Made by a program: the position numbers and the translations under genes
Virus record (IMG/VR): IMGVR_UViG_3300028591_000143
Span: 33,589 to 97,588 of that record
Source: a virus
Lineage: Duplodnaviria; Caudoviricetes
Direction: 5' to 3' (one strand)
DNA: 64,000 bases
Notes under the pieces: model-generated
Told to the model about the DNA's origin: nothing
Database searches by the model: none
Seen by the model: only the letters and a program-made list of their open reading frames with translations
Part shown: piece by piece, positions 27,877 through 37,727 of the stretch
How positions within the stretch are numbered: position 1 is the first letter of the stretch
How the letters are laid out: every line of letters starts with the position of its first letter

Positions 27877-30345
27877 TTATCCCTCGAAAGCTTGGTTTAT
27901 TTCCATCGCCTCATTAAATACTTCAATATATTTAAGAGCACGTTGATATCTGACTTCCACTTTAACCTTAATCTTGTTTTGTCTAGCCAGAGCCTCGTCG
28001 TAATTGCAAGTGACTAAGTAACCATCAACATTATACTCCATAGGCATAATAGTATTTTCCATAAAGTATTCAATGGTTTTTCTTACATTTTTACATAGAG
28101 TCTCAGAAATTCTCTTACCGATATACTGCTTTAGAATAATCGGCATGGCTTTAGAAATACGAATCATAAGACGAGAATTACCTTCATCATTCATTATCGT
28201 ATTTTCTGTTTGTTTTGTATAGTTATCATTCATGTTCCAGCTTTGAGTAGCTACATTCCAGATCACAGTATTAATTTTCTTGGAAAGTAGAAGTTGACGA
28301 GTTCTTTTATTAAACTCGGTAGCCGGACGTTGATATTGAACCACACCATTATCTTGACCTAGCAGAGGAGCAAACTCTCTATTGTTTCTACGATTCTTTG
28401 CAACAGCTTCCCAATAAAGGACACTTGGAGAAGCATAAAAACTCCAACCTAGAGTACCAGTATCAATATCCCAAGGAGAGCTCATATAAAGTTTATAAGA
28501 ATCCATTGAAATTTTTGAGGCAGCATTACCAATAGTCATATAATTAGTGCTGTTTACTGTTGAAATAGGATAGAAATAGTTATCATTTATAGCTATATTA
28601 GCCATATAGTTCTGATAAGATAGTTCTGTATTTCCTAAATCGCATAAACCTTCAGTGGTATAAACTTCGTCTAATACAATCTGATCTAATGCACGTTTAA
28701 GATCGGAGTCTGAAATTTTAAGAAGGTTATATTTGGTTGGATCTATTGAAAGATTTAAAAAGATCTGCTGTCTATGTCCAGCAACAGTTACTTCATCATT
28801 GTATCCATAATAATTTAGATCTAGATCCTGTAAATTCTCAGGAAGATTTAACTGAATCATAGTCAAAGCATTATTTAACTCAGATACACTTATGTCACCT
28901 CTTCCAGAAATATTACCTAGATTAAAGAAGGAGGTAATATTATTTATGCTAGGATCCCAAATAGCAACTTCATAAAAATCCTGATATAATACTGTTTTAT
29001 CTATCTCTGTCTTTGGATTTAATTCTCCACCAGTAAATGTATCTAAAGTATTAGTAAGTACTGTATAGGGAGAGGGTCCATTTTCTGTTAGAGATGATAA
29101 CTCAGATTCACTTAAAGATCTAGAAATAACAGCATTATGGTTAAATCTACGAATTCTTACTTTAAGATCAGTAGAGGAATTGAATACATTGATGGCATAA
29201 TAACTAGCGGGATCAAAACCTGACCAAGCAGCATCATTTAAGTCAATTTTAGTAGAACCATCCTCTGTCTCTGTGACGATATAACACATACCATTATTAA
29301 TTCTCTTCAGAAGATAGTATTTGACATTTGGGTCTGTTGTATCAGGAAGATTTGGATCTCCTCCAGAAGCATTATTTGGACAGAATGCTACTACATCATT
29401 ACTTGTGGTAACCGTAGTAGTTCCATTAAAGTAAGTTTTATTACCATCTTCGTCTATCTCAACTGGTAACTTTCTAATGTCATTCCATAATGCTTTTCCT
29501 ACAAACTCACATGAAGAAGGAAGATTTAAATATGGTGTCTCTTCCCAGACAAGTTTTAATGTTCTTTCATCTCCTTCTATGCCAGCAGTTATATCATCCT
29601 CATCTATAATATTCTGAGCCAGATATGCTTCTTTTATTAATAGACATCTGATATCGGGATTACTTCTAGATCCCTCATCGTTCATATCTACAACAATAGT
29701 ATCTTCATCGTAACCATTAGTTCTAAATTCATAATCTGTGCAGAGAAATTTTGATGTATCATTTAAACTATCAAGAAGATCAGGGAGGTTTCTACAGAGA
29801 TAATCATATTGAACTCCATCATCGGTTACTCTATTACCAAAGATTCCTATTCCTGATATATTAATACTCCAACCATCACTATCAACATTTGCTTCATCTC
29901 CGTAGACATCATCCAAAGCAAATTTAAACGGCCCTACTTTTTTTAGTAACTCTCCATCTCTAATGACATAAACATCTTCCGGATTGTCACTAACTAATGG
30001 TCTTACAAAATAAGTATTATTAGCCTTACTCGCTCTAACACACAATAATGAATTAGAACCAGCGAGTCTATATGCATTAGCCCACATAGTAGAAGCTAAC
30101 GTAGAGTCAGCTCCGGTATATAATTGATCTAAACTCTCTATGTAGGACTGAGTTATTTCTTGAGACGCATAGGTACTTAGAAACTCCGACTGACTTGTAA
30201 TAAGTGTTGGAGTAGAAGGGCCTGCATCCGATATAAAAGCGACACCAATAATTAAACTTTCACCTGCAGTTCGATTAACAGTCGCAGTTCTTATTCTCTC
30301 TTTAACTTTTACATAAGGTTCGAGAGTTTCTGTCCATTGTGCCAT
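27877..30345 (-). CDS. Tail sheath protein
   Basis: EPYVKVKE…PTLITSQSEFL…LLCVRA start; C-terminal SRLMIRISK…NKIKVKVEV…ALKYIEV. Confidence 0.85.
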   Translation of the reverse strand: MAQWTETLEPYVKVKERIRTATVNRTAGESLIIGVAFISDAGPSTPTLITSQSEFLSTYASQEITQSYIESLDQLYTGADSTLASTMWANAYRLAGSNSLLCVRASKANNTYFVRPLVSDNPEDVYVIRDGELLKKVGPFKFALDDVYGDEANVDSDGWSINISGIGIFGNRVTDDGVQYDYLCRNLPDLLDSLNDTSKFLCTDYEFRTNGYDEDTIVVDMNDEGSRSNPDIRCLLIKEAYLAQNIIDEDDITAGIEGDERTLKLVWEETPYLNLPSSCEFVGKALWNDIRKLPVEIDEDGNKTYFNGTTTVTTSNDVVAFCPNNASGGDPNLPDTTDPNVKYYLLKRINNGMCYIVTETEDGSTKIDLNDAAWSGFDPASYYAINVFNSSTDLKVRIRRFNHNAVISRSLSESELSSLTENGPSPYTVLTNTLDTFTGGELNPKTEIDKTVLYQDFYEVAIWDPSINNITSFFNLGNISGRGDISVSELNNALTMIQLNLPENLQDLDLNYYGYNDEVTVAGHRQQIFLNLSIDPTKYNLLKISDSDLKRALDQIVLDEVYTTEGLCDLGNTELSYQNYMANIAINDNYFYPISTVNSTNYMTIGNAASKISMDSYKLYMSSPWDIDTGTLGWSFYASPSVLYWEAVAKNRRNNREFAPLLGQDNGVVQYQRPATEFNKRTRQLLLSKKINTVIWNVATQSWNMNDNYTKQTENTIMNDEGNSRLMIRISKAMPIILKQYIGKRISETLCKNVRKTIEYFMENTIMPMEYNVDGYLVTCNYDEALARQNKIKVKVEVRYQRALKYIEVFNEAMEINQAFEG

Positions 30346-30369
30346 ATATATTATTCTTTCTTTTTATTA

Positions 30370-31026
30370 TTAACCAACTTCAACTAGATATACAGGGAAA
30401 CCTGAGTGTATGAACTTTTCTGCTATACCACAGACTAATCCTGCATCCACTGAAGAATCTGAAATTGTCGAAACAACGATATCATTATATTTGTCAGTAG
30501 CTCTGGTAACTACATTTGAACTGTTAGGTATATTCTTTACCACATTAGTAGCTAGTTGGGAAAGTTTTGGATCCTTTACTGTATTTATGAGAATTCTAAG
30601 CTCATCACTGTATTTTGAAATTACAATACAAACTTTAGTTCTCATTCTGTTAGCTTTCTCGGGATCCAATACATAATCAACTCCCTCCCTATATCCTTTA
30701 TGTCTCAGATCTAAGAGGATTTTTTCTAGGAGTCTTCTATCAACCGTTTTTGCTCTATTTATTTTTTTGCTGACTTCTTTTGCTGTTCCAACTAAAGCTC
30801 CTAGTGCCGCTCCAACAATCAATCCAATAGCAATTCCTTTGGTTTGAGACATATCAGGAACCATCTCTTTTACAGCGATCTGTTTATTATTCTCGTTGGT
30901 TACTATTTTTGTTTCTTCGTGTTTTTTCCCGAATCTAGGAATAAAAGTACCAAAAGAACCTCCTATACCTGCTCCAGTTAATGTAGAAGAAAGAATACTA
31001 AAATCTTTTTGTCTAAATTTTATCAT
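30370..31026 (-). CDS. Leader-bearing glycine-zipper protein
   Basis: MIKFRQKDF|S; GIAIGLIVGAALGALVG. Confidence 0.75.
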   Translation of the reverse strand: MIKFRQKDFSILSSTLTGAGIGGSFGTFIPRFGKKHEETKIVTNENNKQIAVKEMVPDMSQTKGIAIGLIVGAALGALVGTAKEVSKKINRAKTVDRRLLEKILLDLRHKGYREGVDYVLDPEKANRMRTKVCIVISKYSDELRILINTVKDPKLSQLATNVVKNIPNSSNVVTRATDKYNDIVVSTISDSSVDAGLVCGIAEKFIHSGFPVYLVEVG

Positions 31027-31402
31027 GTTCTTCCTTTATTATTTTATCTTTTACATCTTCTATGGGTTTTGGTAATGATTTATCTCGTATGTAGGGTTTT
31101 TGAGATATTCTTATTAACCTCTTTCTTTTTTTTAGGGCTTGTTTTTTCTCAGAGGTCGTAGAATTAATAGCATCAGTCAATTTATTAGTGGCATCTATTT
31201 GCTCTCTCTGAAATTTCTTTTCATTTTTTCCTCTAGAAACATTGATTCCTAAGTTCAAAGCACTAATTCCAGTACCAATAACTCCGATTTCTGCTTTATT
31301 ATTATCCCAAATATCCTTACCTTTTTCTACAGCTTTATCTATTTTACTACCTCTTCGAAAGATATTAGCTTTTCCAAAGTTTTTTTGTCTAAATATAATC
31401 AT
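31013..31402 (-). CDS. Leader-bearing basic protein
   Basis: MIIFRQKNF|G; IGVIGTGISAL. Confidence 0.75.
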   Translation of the reverse strand: MIIFRQKNFGKANIFRRGSKIDKAVEKGKDIWDNNKAEIGVIGTGISALNLGINVSRGKNEKKFQREQIDATNKLTDAINSTTSEKKQALKKRKRLIRISQKPYIRDKSLPKPIEDVKDKIIKEEHDKI

Positions 31403-31416
31403 CTTAGTATCCTCCT

Positions 31417-31935
31417 TTAGTAACTATATCCTTCTCGTTGGGTCATATTTTGTCTCCAATCTGCTCTTTCTCTACGTAAAGCTTGACGTTGTGCATAACC
31501 GAGTCGTTTATTGTAGAAATTAACATCTTGCTTCTTTTCTCTATATTTTTTGAGTCCTTTACCTAAACCTATAGTAGTTCCAATAACGACTCCAGCTATT
31601 CCAGTATGTTTAATTCCTCTGAGTAGGGATCTTGTGAGGGCTGGATTAGCAACTCCAGATTTAACTGTAGATGTTATGGCTTTTCTGTTTCCAACTCCCT
31701 TTAATATCCCTCCAGTAACGGCTCCAGCACCAGCACCTATAACAGCTCCCTGAGCAGCAGAAGTTAAAGGACCACTAATTCCAGGACCACGCTTCTTTTC
31801 CTCAGCTAATATATCAGAATCTTTAGCTCTTTTTAGGTTATCTGTATCATCCCATCGTGTGAATTCTCTTTGGGCATACTCATAACCATCATAAAAAGCT
31901 TGATTTATTAGCTCTTCATATATTTTATCATTCAT
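31417..31935 (-). CDS. Long-leader glycine-zipper protein (paralogue of 47244)
   Basis: …AFYDGYEYAQREF|TRWDDTDNLKRAKDSDILAEEKK; GAVIGAGAGAVTGG. Confidence 0.8.
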   Translation of the reverse strand: MNDKIYEELINQAFYDGYEYAQREFTRWDDTDNLKRAKDSDILAEEKKRGPGISGPLTSAAQGAVIGAGAGAVTGGILKGVGNRKAITSTVKSGVANPALTRSLLRGIKHTGIAGVVIGTTIGLGKGLKKYREKKQDVNFYNKRLGYAQRQALRRERADWRQNMTQREGYSY

Positions 31936-31947
31936 GTTTTACTAGTT

Positions 31948-33120
31948 TTATTGTTGCACTGGTTGATTTTGGGACTTTTCGTAGGCAAATGCTTTCTTAT
32001 CTACAGCTTCGAGGGGTTTTCTTACAGCTTTATCTCCCCACTCAAATGGTTTCCATTTAGCAGAGGCCAAACCAATTCCAGCCAAAATTCCGACAGGACC
32101 TGTTTTTCGTACAAACTTAGCGGCTTTATTCATCCAAACACCACGTCCTGGTTTTGTCATTTGATCAGCTAATTTCCCTCTACTTGTTTTTCCCATATAA
32201 AATCCCCAGTTTTCATACCAGGGAGTTTTTTCAGCGGGAGTTGCATACTGTCTTTCCTCAGACTGTGATTGTTTTATCTGATCTTTAAGCTGTTGTCTTT
32301 GGGATAGATAACCAACAGCAGGGAAAGCAGCGCCTAATCCAACAGCCAAAGCAGCTTTTCCAGGAGATCCAGCGGCATCCTTAAATGCTTCCTTACCCAT
32401 AGTCTTAGCTTTACCCCAGGCAGAATTCATAGTAGCTCTGTTAAGTTTTCCTTTTCTAGCTAACATAAGAGTTCCTGCGGTAGCTCCTAATGTTCCAGCA
32501 CCTATCAAAACTCCATTCTTTATCTTCTTGCCTAAACTTTTCTTTTCTTTCTCCGGGGTATCTACTGGCGCTCCAAGTTTCTTACGGTCAGCCTGTATTA
32601 TTTTATCTGTCAAATACCCAGTTCCAGCCATAATAGCACCAGAGGCCATCATATTAGCCATTTTCTGACCTGATCCACGTTCTTTTCCAATATCTACGAG
32701 ATCACGTCCAAAGTCTCTGGCATTATTTACGGTCTTGGATTTCTTTAACTGGGCTACAACATTATCCATCGTCTTACTTTTAGCGACTTTTCTAATACCT
32801 TTAGCGACGGGAGAGAAAACAGAATAGGTTTTTGTTTTTCTTTTTAGTGTTATTGAATAGGTGGTTTGTTGTGGTTGCATTGGGGTAGGAGTAGTAATAT
32901 TTACTGGATTTCCACTTTTAAGAGCTTTCTCTACGTTTCTATTATTAGCAGCAATTTGACGGCTAATATCTCTACTTGCTTGATCTGCCAGCATTTGTTG
33001 TTGCTTAAACTGTTTTGGCATATCAATTGCTCCTTTTACCATAGATACATTAGAGGCTGTAGCTAGTGCTTTCCCTGCAAAACCAAGTATTGAAAATACT
33101 TTCTCTCTAAACTGTATCAT
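31948..33120 (-). CDS. Leader-bearing multi-segment Gly/Ala-rich basic protein
   Basis: MIQFREKVF|S; internal ITLKRKTKTY|S and ERQY|A. Confidence 0.75.
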   Translation of the reverse strand: MIQFREKVFSILGFAGKALATASNVSMVKGAIDMPKQFKQQQMLADQASRDISRQIAANNRNVEKALKSGNPVNITTPTPMQPQQTTYSITLKRKTKTYSVFSPVAKGIRKVAKSKTMDNVVAQLKKSKTVNNARDFGRDLVDIGKERGSGQKMANMMASGAIMAGTGYLTDKIIQADRKKLGAPVDTPEKEKKSLGKKIKNGVLIGAGTLGATAGTLMLARKGKLNRATMNSAWGKAKTMGKEAFKDAAGSPGKAALAVGLGAAFPAVGYLSQRQQLKDQIKQSQSEERQYATPAEKTPWYENWGFYMGKTSRGKLADQMTKPGRGVWMNKAAKFVRKTGPVGILAGIGLASAKWKPFEWGDKAVRKPLEAVDKKAFAYEKSQNQPVQQ

Positions 33121-33122
33121 AT

Positions 33123-33431
33123 CTAAACACTCCTATCTTGTAAACTTTGGCCTGCGTTCTTAAGTCCTCTACCTATACCTCCAGTGATATTCTTACCGGC
33201 GACATAACCAGCACCAAGTCCTACGGCACCAGCCAGAAGTCCACCGCCTAGTCCATATTTAATAGCACTCCCAAGAACTTTCGCCCCAGCTAATCCTCCT
33301 GCAAATCTTCCTATATTAGAGTCTAGAACACTACCTGTCCCCTTCATAACTCCTCCGGCGGTATTTCCAAGAACATTACCAGCTGCCTCAAGAGCACCAA
33401 ATGTTTTTCTTTTTAATCTGTATCTTGCCAT
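33123..33431 (-). CDS. Leader-bearing glycine-zipper protein
   Basis: MARYRLKRKTF|G; GLGGGLLAGAVGLGAG. Confidence 0.75.
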   Translation of the reverse strand: MARYRLKRKTFGALEAAGNVLGNTAGGVMKGTGSVLDSNIGRFAGGLAGAKVLGSAIKYGLGGGLLAGAVGLGAGYVAGKNITGGIGRGLKNAGQSLQDRSV

Positions 33432-33622
33432 TTTCCTAATCTCCCATCGTTTAATTCTGTTCTTAGTTTTCTCATCTCTTTATTTAAATCAGTTCCAGCC
33501 ATTTGTCTTTGGGTATCTAATCTTCCTAGTCTATCAAAATCCTGATCATATTTTCTCCCACGCCTAAATCCTGAAACTCCTGTAGTATTAAGAGTCTTTG
33601 AAAACTTACGTAATATAATCAT
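33413..33622 (-). CDS. Small leader-bearing protein
   Basis: MIILRKF|S; overlaps both neighbours. Confidence 0.65.
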   Translation of the reverse strand: MIILRKFSKTLNTTGVSGFRRGRKYDQDFDRLGRLDTQRQMAGTDLNKEMRKLRTELNDGRLGKWQDTD

Positions 33623-34185
33623 AATTCTAAGAGATATATTTGATATTTTAATCCAAATGGTAGGATATTTATAGCTCTAATGGCATCTTGTATACTACTA
33701 AATTCAAGAACTAAGGAACGACTAGCTTTATCATATTTTAAAGCCTCTCCTAGTAATTCTCTTACAGGAATGGATAGATCAAATGGAAGGTCACTATTAA
33801 AAGATGCTCCATTATTATTACCATCATTTTTCTTTTTCTTGCTATTAGGACTAAACAATCTTTCTTCTTCAGAGAATAGCTTGTTTTTGAAACTAATCTT
33901 GATATTTAGTAGTCGTTTATCGTATACATGTTCGGGGAGTCTAACCTCGTCTGGCATTTTAGCTTTCGCTCCCACCTTAATATACATTCTATATTTATCT
34001 CTATGTCCAAATGCGGTAGAGATAACAAATCTTTCTATTACAACACTATTACCCTTTAGTATAGGTAATAATTGTGACGAGTTTATGATTTTAAATTTAT
34101 TCCGATCAGAGTATTTCATAAGCTCGACATAAAGACTTCTCATAGCATCGTACTCAGAGAATAGTTTTTGTCTAAATTCTATCAT
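33619..34185 (-). CDS. Leader-bearing protein
   Basis: MIEFRQKLF|S; internal NKLF|SEEERLF|S. Confidence 0.75.
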   Translation of the reverse strand: MIEFRQKLFSEYDAMRSLYVELMKYSDRNKFKIINSSQLLPILKGNSVVIERFVISTAFGHRDKYRMYIKVGAKAKMPDEVRLPEHVYDKRLLNIKISFKNKLFSEEERLFSPNSKKKKNDGNNNGASFNSDLPFDLSIPVRELLGEALKYDKASRSLVLEFSSIQDAIRAINILPFGLKYQIYLLEL

Positions 34186-34186
34186 A

Positions 34187-34555
34187 TTATCTTACTATTG
34201 AGAGATTATATTTTACTCCTAGGATTTCTATAATATCTAAAACTATACCTTTCTCTGGTCTTTCTGCAGTTATGACTCTTGTTTTAGTATCTATGTCTGT
34301 AATCCTCATCTGGAATATATCTCGAATTAATTTTTGTGTGTACTTATATAATTCTTTATCCTGAAGCTTTATCTCATATTGACCATCACCATTTCTTATG
34401 AATGATCTGAGTACCATGGCCTTTGAGTTAACTCTTGAAACTTGATCCGCTTGGTCTTCTGAGATAGTATTAAATCGAACACCTTGCTTCTTAAGATATT
34501 CAACTGCTTCCGGCATAAGATCTTGAATAAGTGTTTTCTTTCTAAATGAAACCAT
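34187..34555 (-). CDS. Hypothetical virion protein (degenerate leader)
   Basis: MVSFRKKTL start; 122 aa. Confidence 0.7.
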   Translation of the reverse strand: MVSFRKKTLIQDLMPEAVEYLKKQGVRFNTISEDQADQVSRVNSKAMVLRSFIRNGDGQYEIKLQDKELYKYTQKLIRDIFQMRITDIDTKTRVITAERPEKGIVLDIIEILGVKYNLSIVR

Positions 34556-34567
34556 ATTATGCGGATT

Positions 34568-35668
34568 CTAGTTTATTTTAATTTCTTCGATCTTATTATC
34601 AGATTCGAACAATTCTGCTTGTATTTCCTCTAAGAATTTATATCGGCCATCCAAAACTTCATAAAAATAAAGCTCACATCTAAATTGGCATTGATATGAA
34701 AAATTAGAGTTGTCGTCTTGCTGATATATATGATTAAAGTCCTCTGTTATTTGTCCCCATTTTACTGCCGCTGTCCATCTTTCTCCATATTTATCTGTAG
34801 TTTTAAATTCACAGAAATTAGTCAGGATATCTAAGTTATTGTATTTATTTTTAAAATCAAAAAACATAACCATATCTGGAGTTCGTAAAGTAAATTCTAT
34901 GGGAACTCTATGGGACATTAAATGATCAGTCTCATCGGTACGCTTAGGATGACTATATTTGGATGGAGTCTGATTAAACATGTAAACTATATAAGAGGTT
35001 TTTTTCAATGTTTCTTCTTTATTCCATCGGACAAGCTCAATTCCATAGTCATTCAATATTCTCCTAAGCTCTAATATAAATTGATTTTGGTAGTCTATAG
35101 CTCGTATAATATAATCATCATATCTTCTCCGTAATACATAAACAGTATCAGAATCAGATTCGAGCTCTATACTTTTACTACCTATAGATATTTTTGGGAA
35201 ATTCTTAACCGTCCAACACTTAGGTCTAGGTCCGACAGGCTTAAGATATAAAAGATTCCCAGAGTAAAAAAGAAAGTTAATGAATTCTTGATTATCAACA
35301 TCCTCTTGTGAGACTACTATTGTTGTATGATTGTAATCTTGAACTACTCTAGACTCACAATCCCCTACTATTATCAAATTTATTATGTGGGGAGAAGAGG
35401 TAAGTTTTCGTAGTTTTAATCCATTAAGAGATACATAAACATCTGAAAACCTAATTGCTTTATTCGTTGGTTCTAGTACTTGTGAAGATCCTATTTTATC
35501 TATCCCAAGGAACCCAGCAACCGAGTCAGATGTACTTCCTGGAGTATAAGTCAAAGTAATAGTAGAGGTGTTTTTATCTTCAACCAGAGAAATGGTATTT
35601 CCCTCTACTACCTTATAATACCTACACCCAGAATTAATTTTTATTCCTTGGTAGATAAGTTCATTCAT
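34568..35668 (-). CDS. Putative tail-completion/terminator-like protein
   Basis: 366 aa; VPIEFTLRT and YQCQFRCELYFY pattern; position. Confidence 0.45.
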   Translation of the reverse strand: MNELIYQGIKINSGCRYYKVVEGNTISLVEDKNTSTITLTYTPGSTSDSVAGFLGIDKIGSSQVLEPTNKAIRFSDVYVSLNGLKLRKLTSSPHIINLIIVGDCESRVVQDYNHTTIVVSQEDVDNQEFINFLFYSGNLLYLKPVGPRPKCWTVKNFPKISIGSKSIELESDSDTVYVLRRRYDDYIIRAIDYQNQFILELRRILNDYGIELVRWNKEETLKKTSYIVYMFNQTPSKYSHPKRTDETDHLMSHRVPIEFTLRTPDMVMFFDFKNKYNNLDILTNFCEFKTTDKYGERWTAAVKWGQITEDFNHIYQQDDNSNFSYQCQFRCELYFYEVLDGRYKFLEEIQAELFESDNKIEEIKIN

Positions 35669-35680
35669 TTATTCATTTTT

Positions 35681-36100
35681 TTACTGTTGCTGTTCCTTCT
35701 TCTTTGCAAAGGTTTTTCTTTTCAATGTATAAGTAGTAGCCATGTCATTCTTTTTTACTTGAGAAAACATTTTACTTCCATCACTTTGTTCTGAAGCTTT
35801 ACTTACAACACCCTTAGCAGCAAGCCCAGTACCAACAGCAAGAGTTCCAGCAAGAGCAAGGGGTTTTCCTACTCCCTTGACTACGTTTCCGAACGCACTT
35901 CCCACAGATTTATTGGTGGCAGGATTTATGTTTACGGTTTTTTGTGTAGCTAAATCAAAGGCCTGATTCGTTTTACCTGTTGCAATATGTCCTAAATTAC
36001 TCCAGTTATTAGCTCCGATGATTCTTCCAAGCGTAGAACCAGCAAATCCTCCTCCAACTCCAAACAGTTTTCTCTTTAATGTGAAAGTTGTTTTACTCAT
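35681..36100 (-). CDS. Leader-bearing Gly/Ala-rich protein
   Basis: MSKTTFTLKRKLF|G; second leader-like MATTYTLKRKTF|A at C-terminus. Confidence 0.75.
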   Translation of the reverse strand: MSKTTFTLKRKLFGVGGGFAGSTLGRIIGANNWSNLGHIATGKTNQAFDLATQKTVNINPATNKSVGSAFGNVVKGVGKPLALAGTLAVGTGLAAKGVVSKASEQSDGSKMFSQVKKNDMATTYTLKRKTFAKKKEQQQ

Positions 36101-36122
36101 AATTTTTATGTAGATTAATAAT

Positions 36123-36162
36123 AAAAACCCCCTATCACAGGTTTAATTGCAATAGGGGGTCT
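36123..36162 (-). terminator. Rho-independent terminator after major capsid
   Basis: ACCCCCTAT…ATAGGGGGT followed by TTTTATT on minus strand. Confidence 0.75.
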
Positions 36163-36182
36163 TATTGTTATGATTAGAGAGA

Positions 36183-37703
36183 TTAGAGTCCAACGGTGAA
36201 CTCAACTTTCTGAACGAGCTCTGGAGCAAGATACTTAGTACCTTCCTGATAATAAATACCAGAAGCCATTTGAGTCGGATTATTATAGTTACCAATAGTT
36301 GGGGTGTCGGTTAGAGGCATATAAATACCACGAGCAAGAGGAGCCATCTGACCATCAGCGGTCTTATGGATAGCATAGAAAACACCCTTCTGATATTTTT
36401 TATTGTCTTCAGTAGTTTCTATAGGCTCAACAATATCATCACTACGAAGAACGGGAATACCATCATACCAACCAAGTAGATCGGAGATATAGGTCATCTT
36501 CTCATTTCTCTTAAATTTACCGATAATTCCACCTTTCTGGAACTGTGAGGCAGCTTGAGTGCCAGCAACATAAGCAGTAGTGGTAACACCCTTGACAGCT
36601 CTCTTAGCAAGAGCAGTTTCAACGTTAATCAGATAAGCGTCGAATAGGTCGACTCTTGAACGATAGTCAGTAAAGGTAACATTATTAGCAGCACCAGTAG
36701 ATGTGGTATCGAAACCGATTCCTCTAGCTGAGAGGTCTAAGTCATCCATTGTGTTGCCATTATAACCCTCAACAAGAGTAGAAACGAGCTTATAGTTAAT
36801 CATCTTGGTGTAAAGCTCACGAAGTTTGGTGAACAGGAATGAAGCCATGTCAGCACCAGTAGCTTTCTTCATGGCACCAAGAGCAGCAATATTATATTCA
36901 GCGACTAGCATATCAGGAACAGTCGAGAGACCAAGCTGCTGCATTTTAGCTAGGAAGCGCTTGTCATTGGCGTGGGCATTAGTTGAGCCAGTGGTATTGC
37001 AAGGAGTACCAGTGACATCCTCTTTACCGACAATTGTGATAGAAGCTTTTGCATGAGAAGTAGCGTTATCAGCTGGGACACTGGCTAGAGTAAAATCAAC
37101 TTTACCATTCAGATAGTTAAGACTACCAGCGACCATAACACCGGCTTTGGCCATGAAGTTACCCTGACCGTCATCAACGAGCTCATAATTACCTTTACCA
37201 CCAGCAACGGGGTCAACAACTTTCACGCGAATAGTACCAGGGATAAGCTTACGACCAACAAGAGTACTATAATTAGTGCCATTAACGGTAACCTCTAGCT
37301 GGAAATTACCCATGCTATTAATATCCTTGTAGTTATCAGGACCCAGGTTAGGAATAACATTTCTCATGTCGGAGACACCAAGAACATCAAACCAGTAGAA
37401 AAGACCATTGGGTTGATCAAAGTCACGCTCGATAGACATAAAGCCAGCAAAAGAGCTAACATAAGAAGCAACTGAAGCATTAAAATACTGAGTGCTCAGA
37501 AGAGGAGTCTCGGCATAACCAGAGAAAGTCTTCTGTAATAGATTAGCACCATTAGTACCAAAAATATCAGCCTTCATTTCATCATTTCTCGAGAACATCT
37601 TAGCATATTCACGAGCACGAATTCTAGCGTCATCAAGAGACACTGAGCTATTTTTCAGAGCGGTCATCATCTCATCGCTCTGCATGTGTTCTAAATAATT
37701 CAT
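36183..37703 (-). CDS. Major capsid protein (HK97 fold, T4 gp23-like)
   Basis: 506 aa; DQPNGLFYWFD and IYMPL…NPTQMASGIYY motifs; follows protease and scaffold; strong terminator. Confidence 0.85.
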   Translation of the reverse strand: MNYLEHMQSDEMMTALKNSSVSLDDARIRAREYAKMFSRNDEMKADIFGTNGANLLQKTFSGYAETPLLSTQYFNASVASYVSSFAGFMSIERDFDQPNGLFYWFDVLGVSDMRNVIPNLGPDNYKDINSMGNFQLEVTVNGTNYSTLVGRKLIPGTIRVKVVDPVAGGKGNYELVDDGQGNFMAKAGVMVAGSLNYLNGKVDFTLASVPADNATSHAKASITIVGKEDVTGTPCNTTGSTNAHANDKRFLAKMQQLGLSTVPDMLVAEYNIAALGAMKKATGADMASFLFTKLRELYTKMINYKLVSTLVEGYNGNTMDDLDLSARGIGFDTTSTGAANNVTFTDYRSRVDLFDAYLINVETALAKRAVKGVTTTAYVAGTQAASQFQKGGIIGKFKRNEKMTYISDLLGWYDGIPVLRSDDIVEPIETTEDNKKYQKGVFYAIHKTADGQMAPLARGIYMPLTDTPTIGNYNNPTQMASGIYYQEGTKYLAPELVQKVEFTVGL

Positions 37704-37727
37704 ATATTTCCTTCTTATTTTTTGGGT

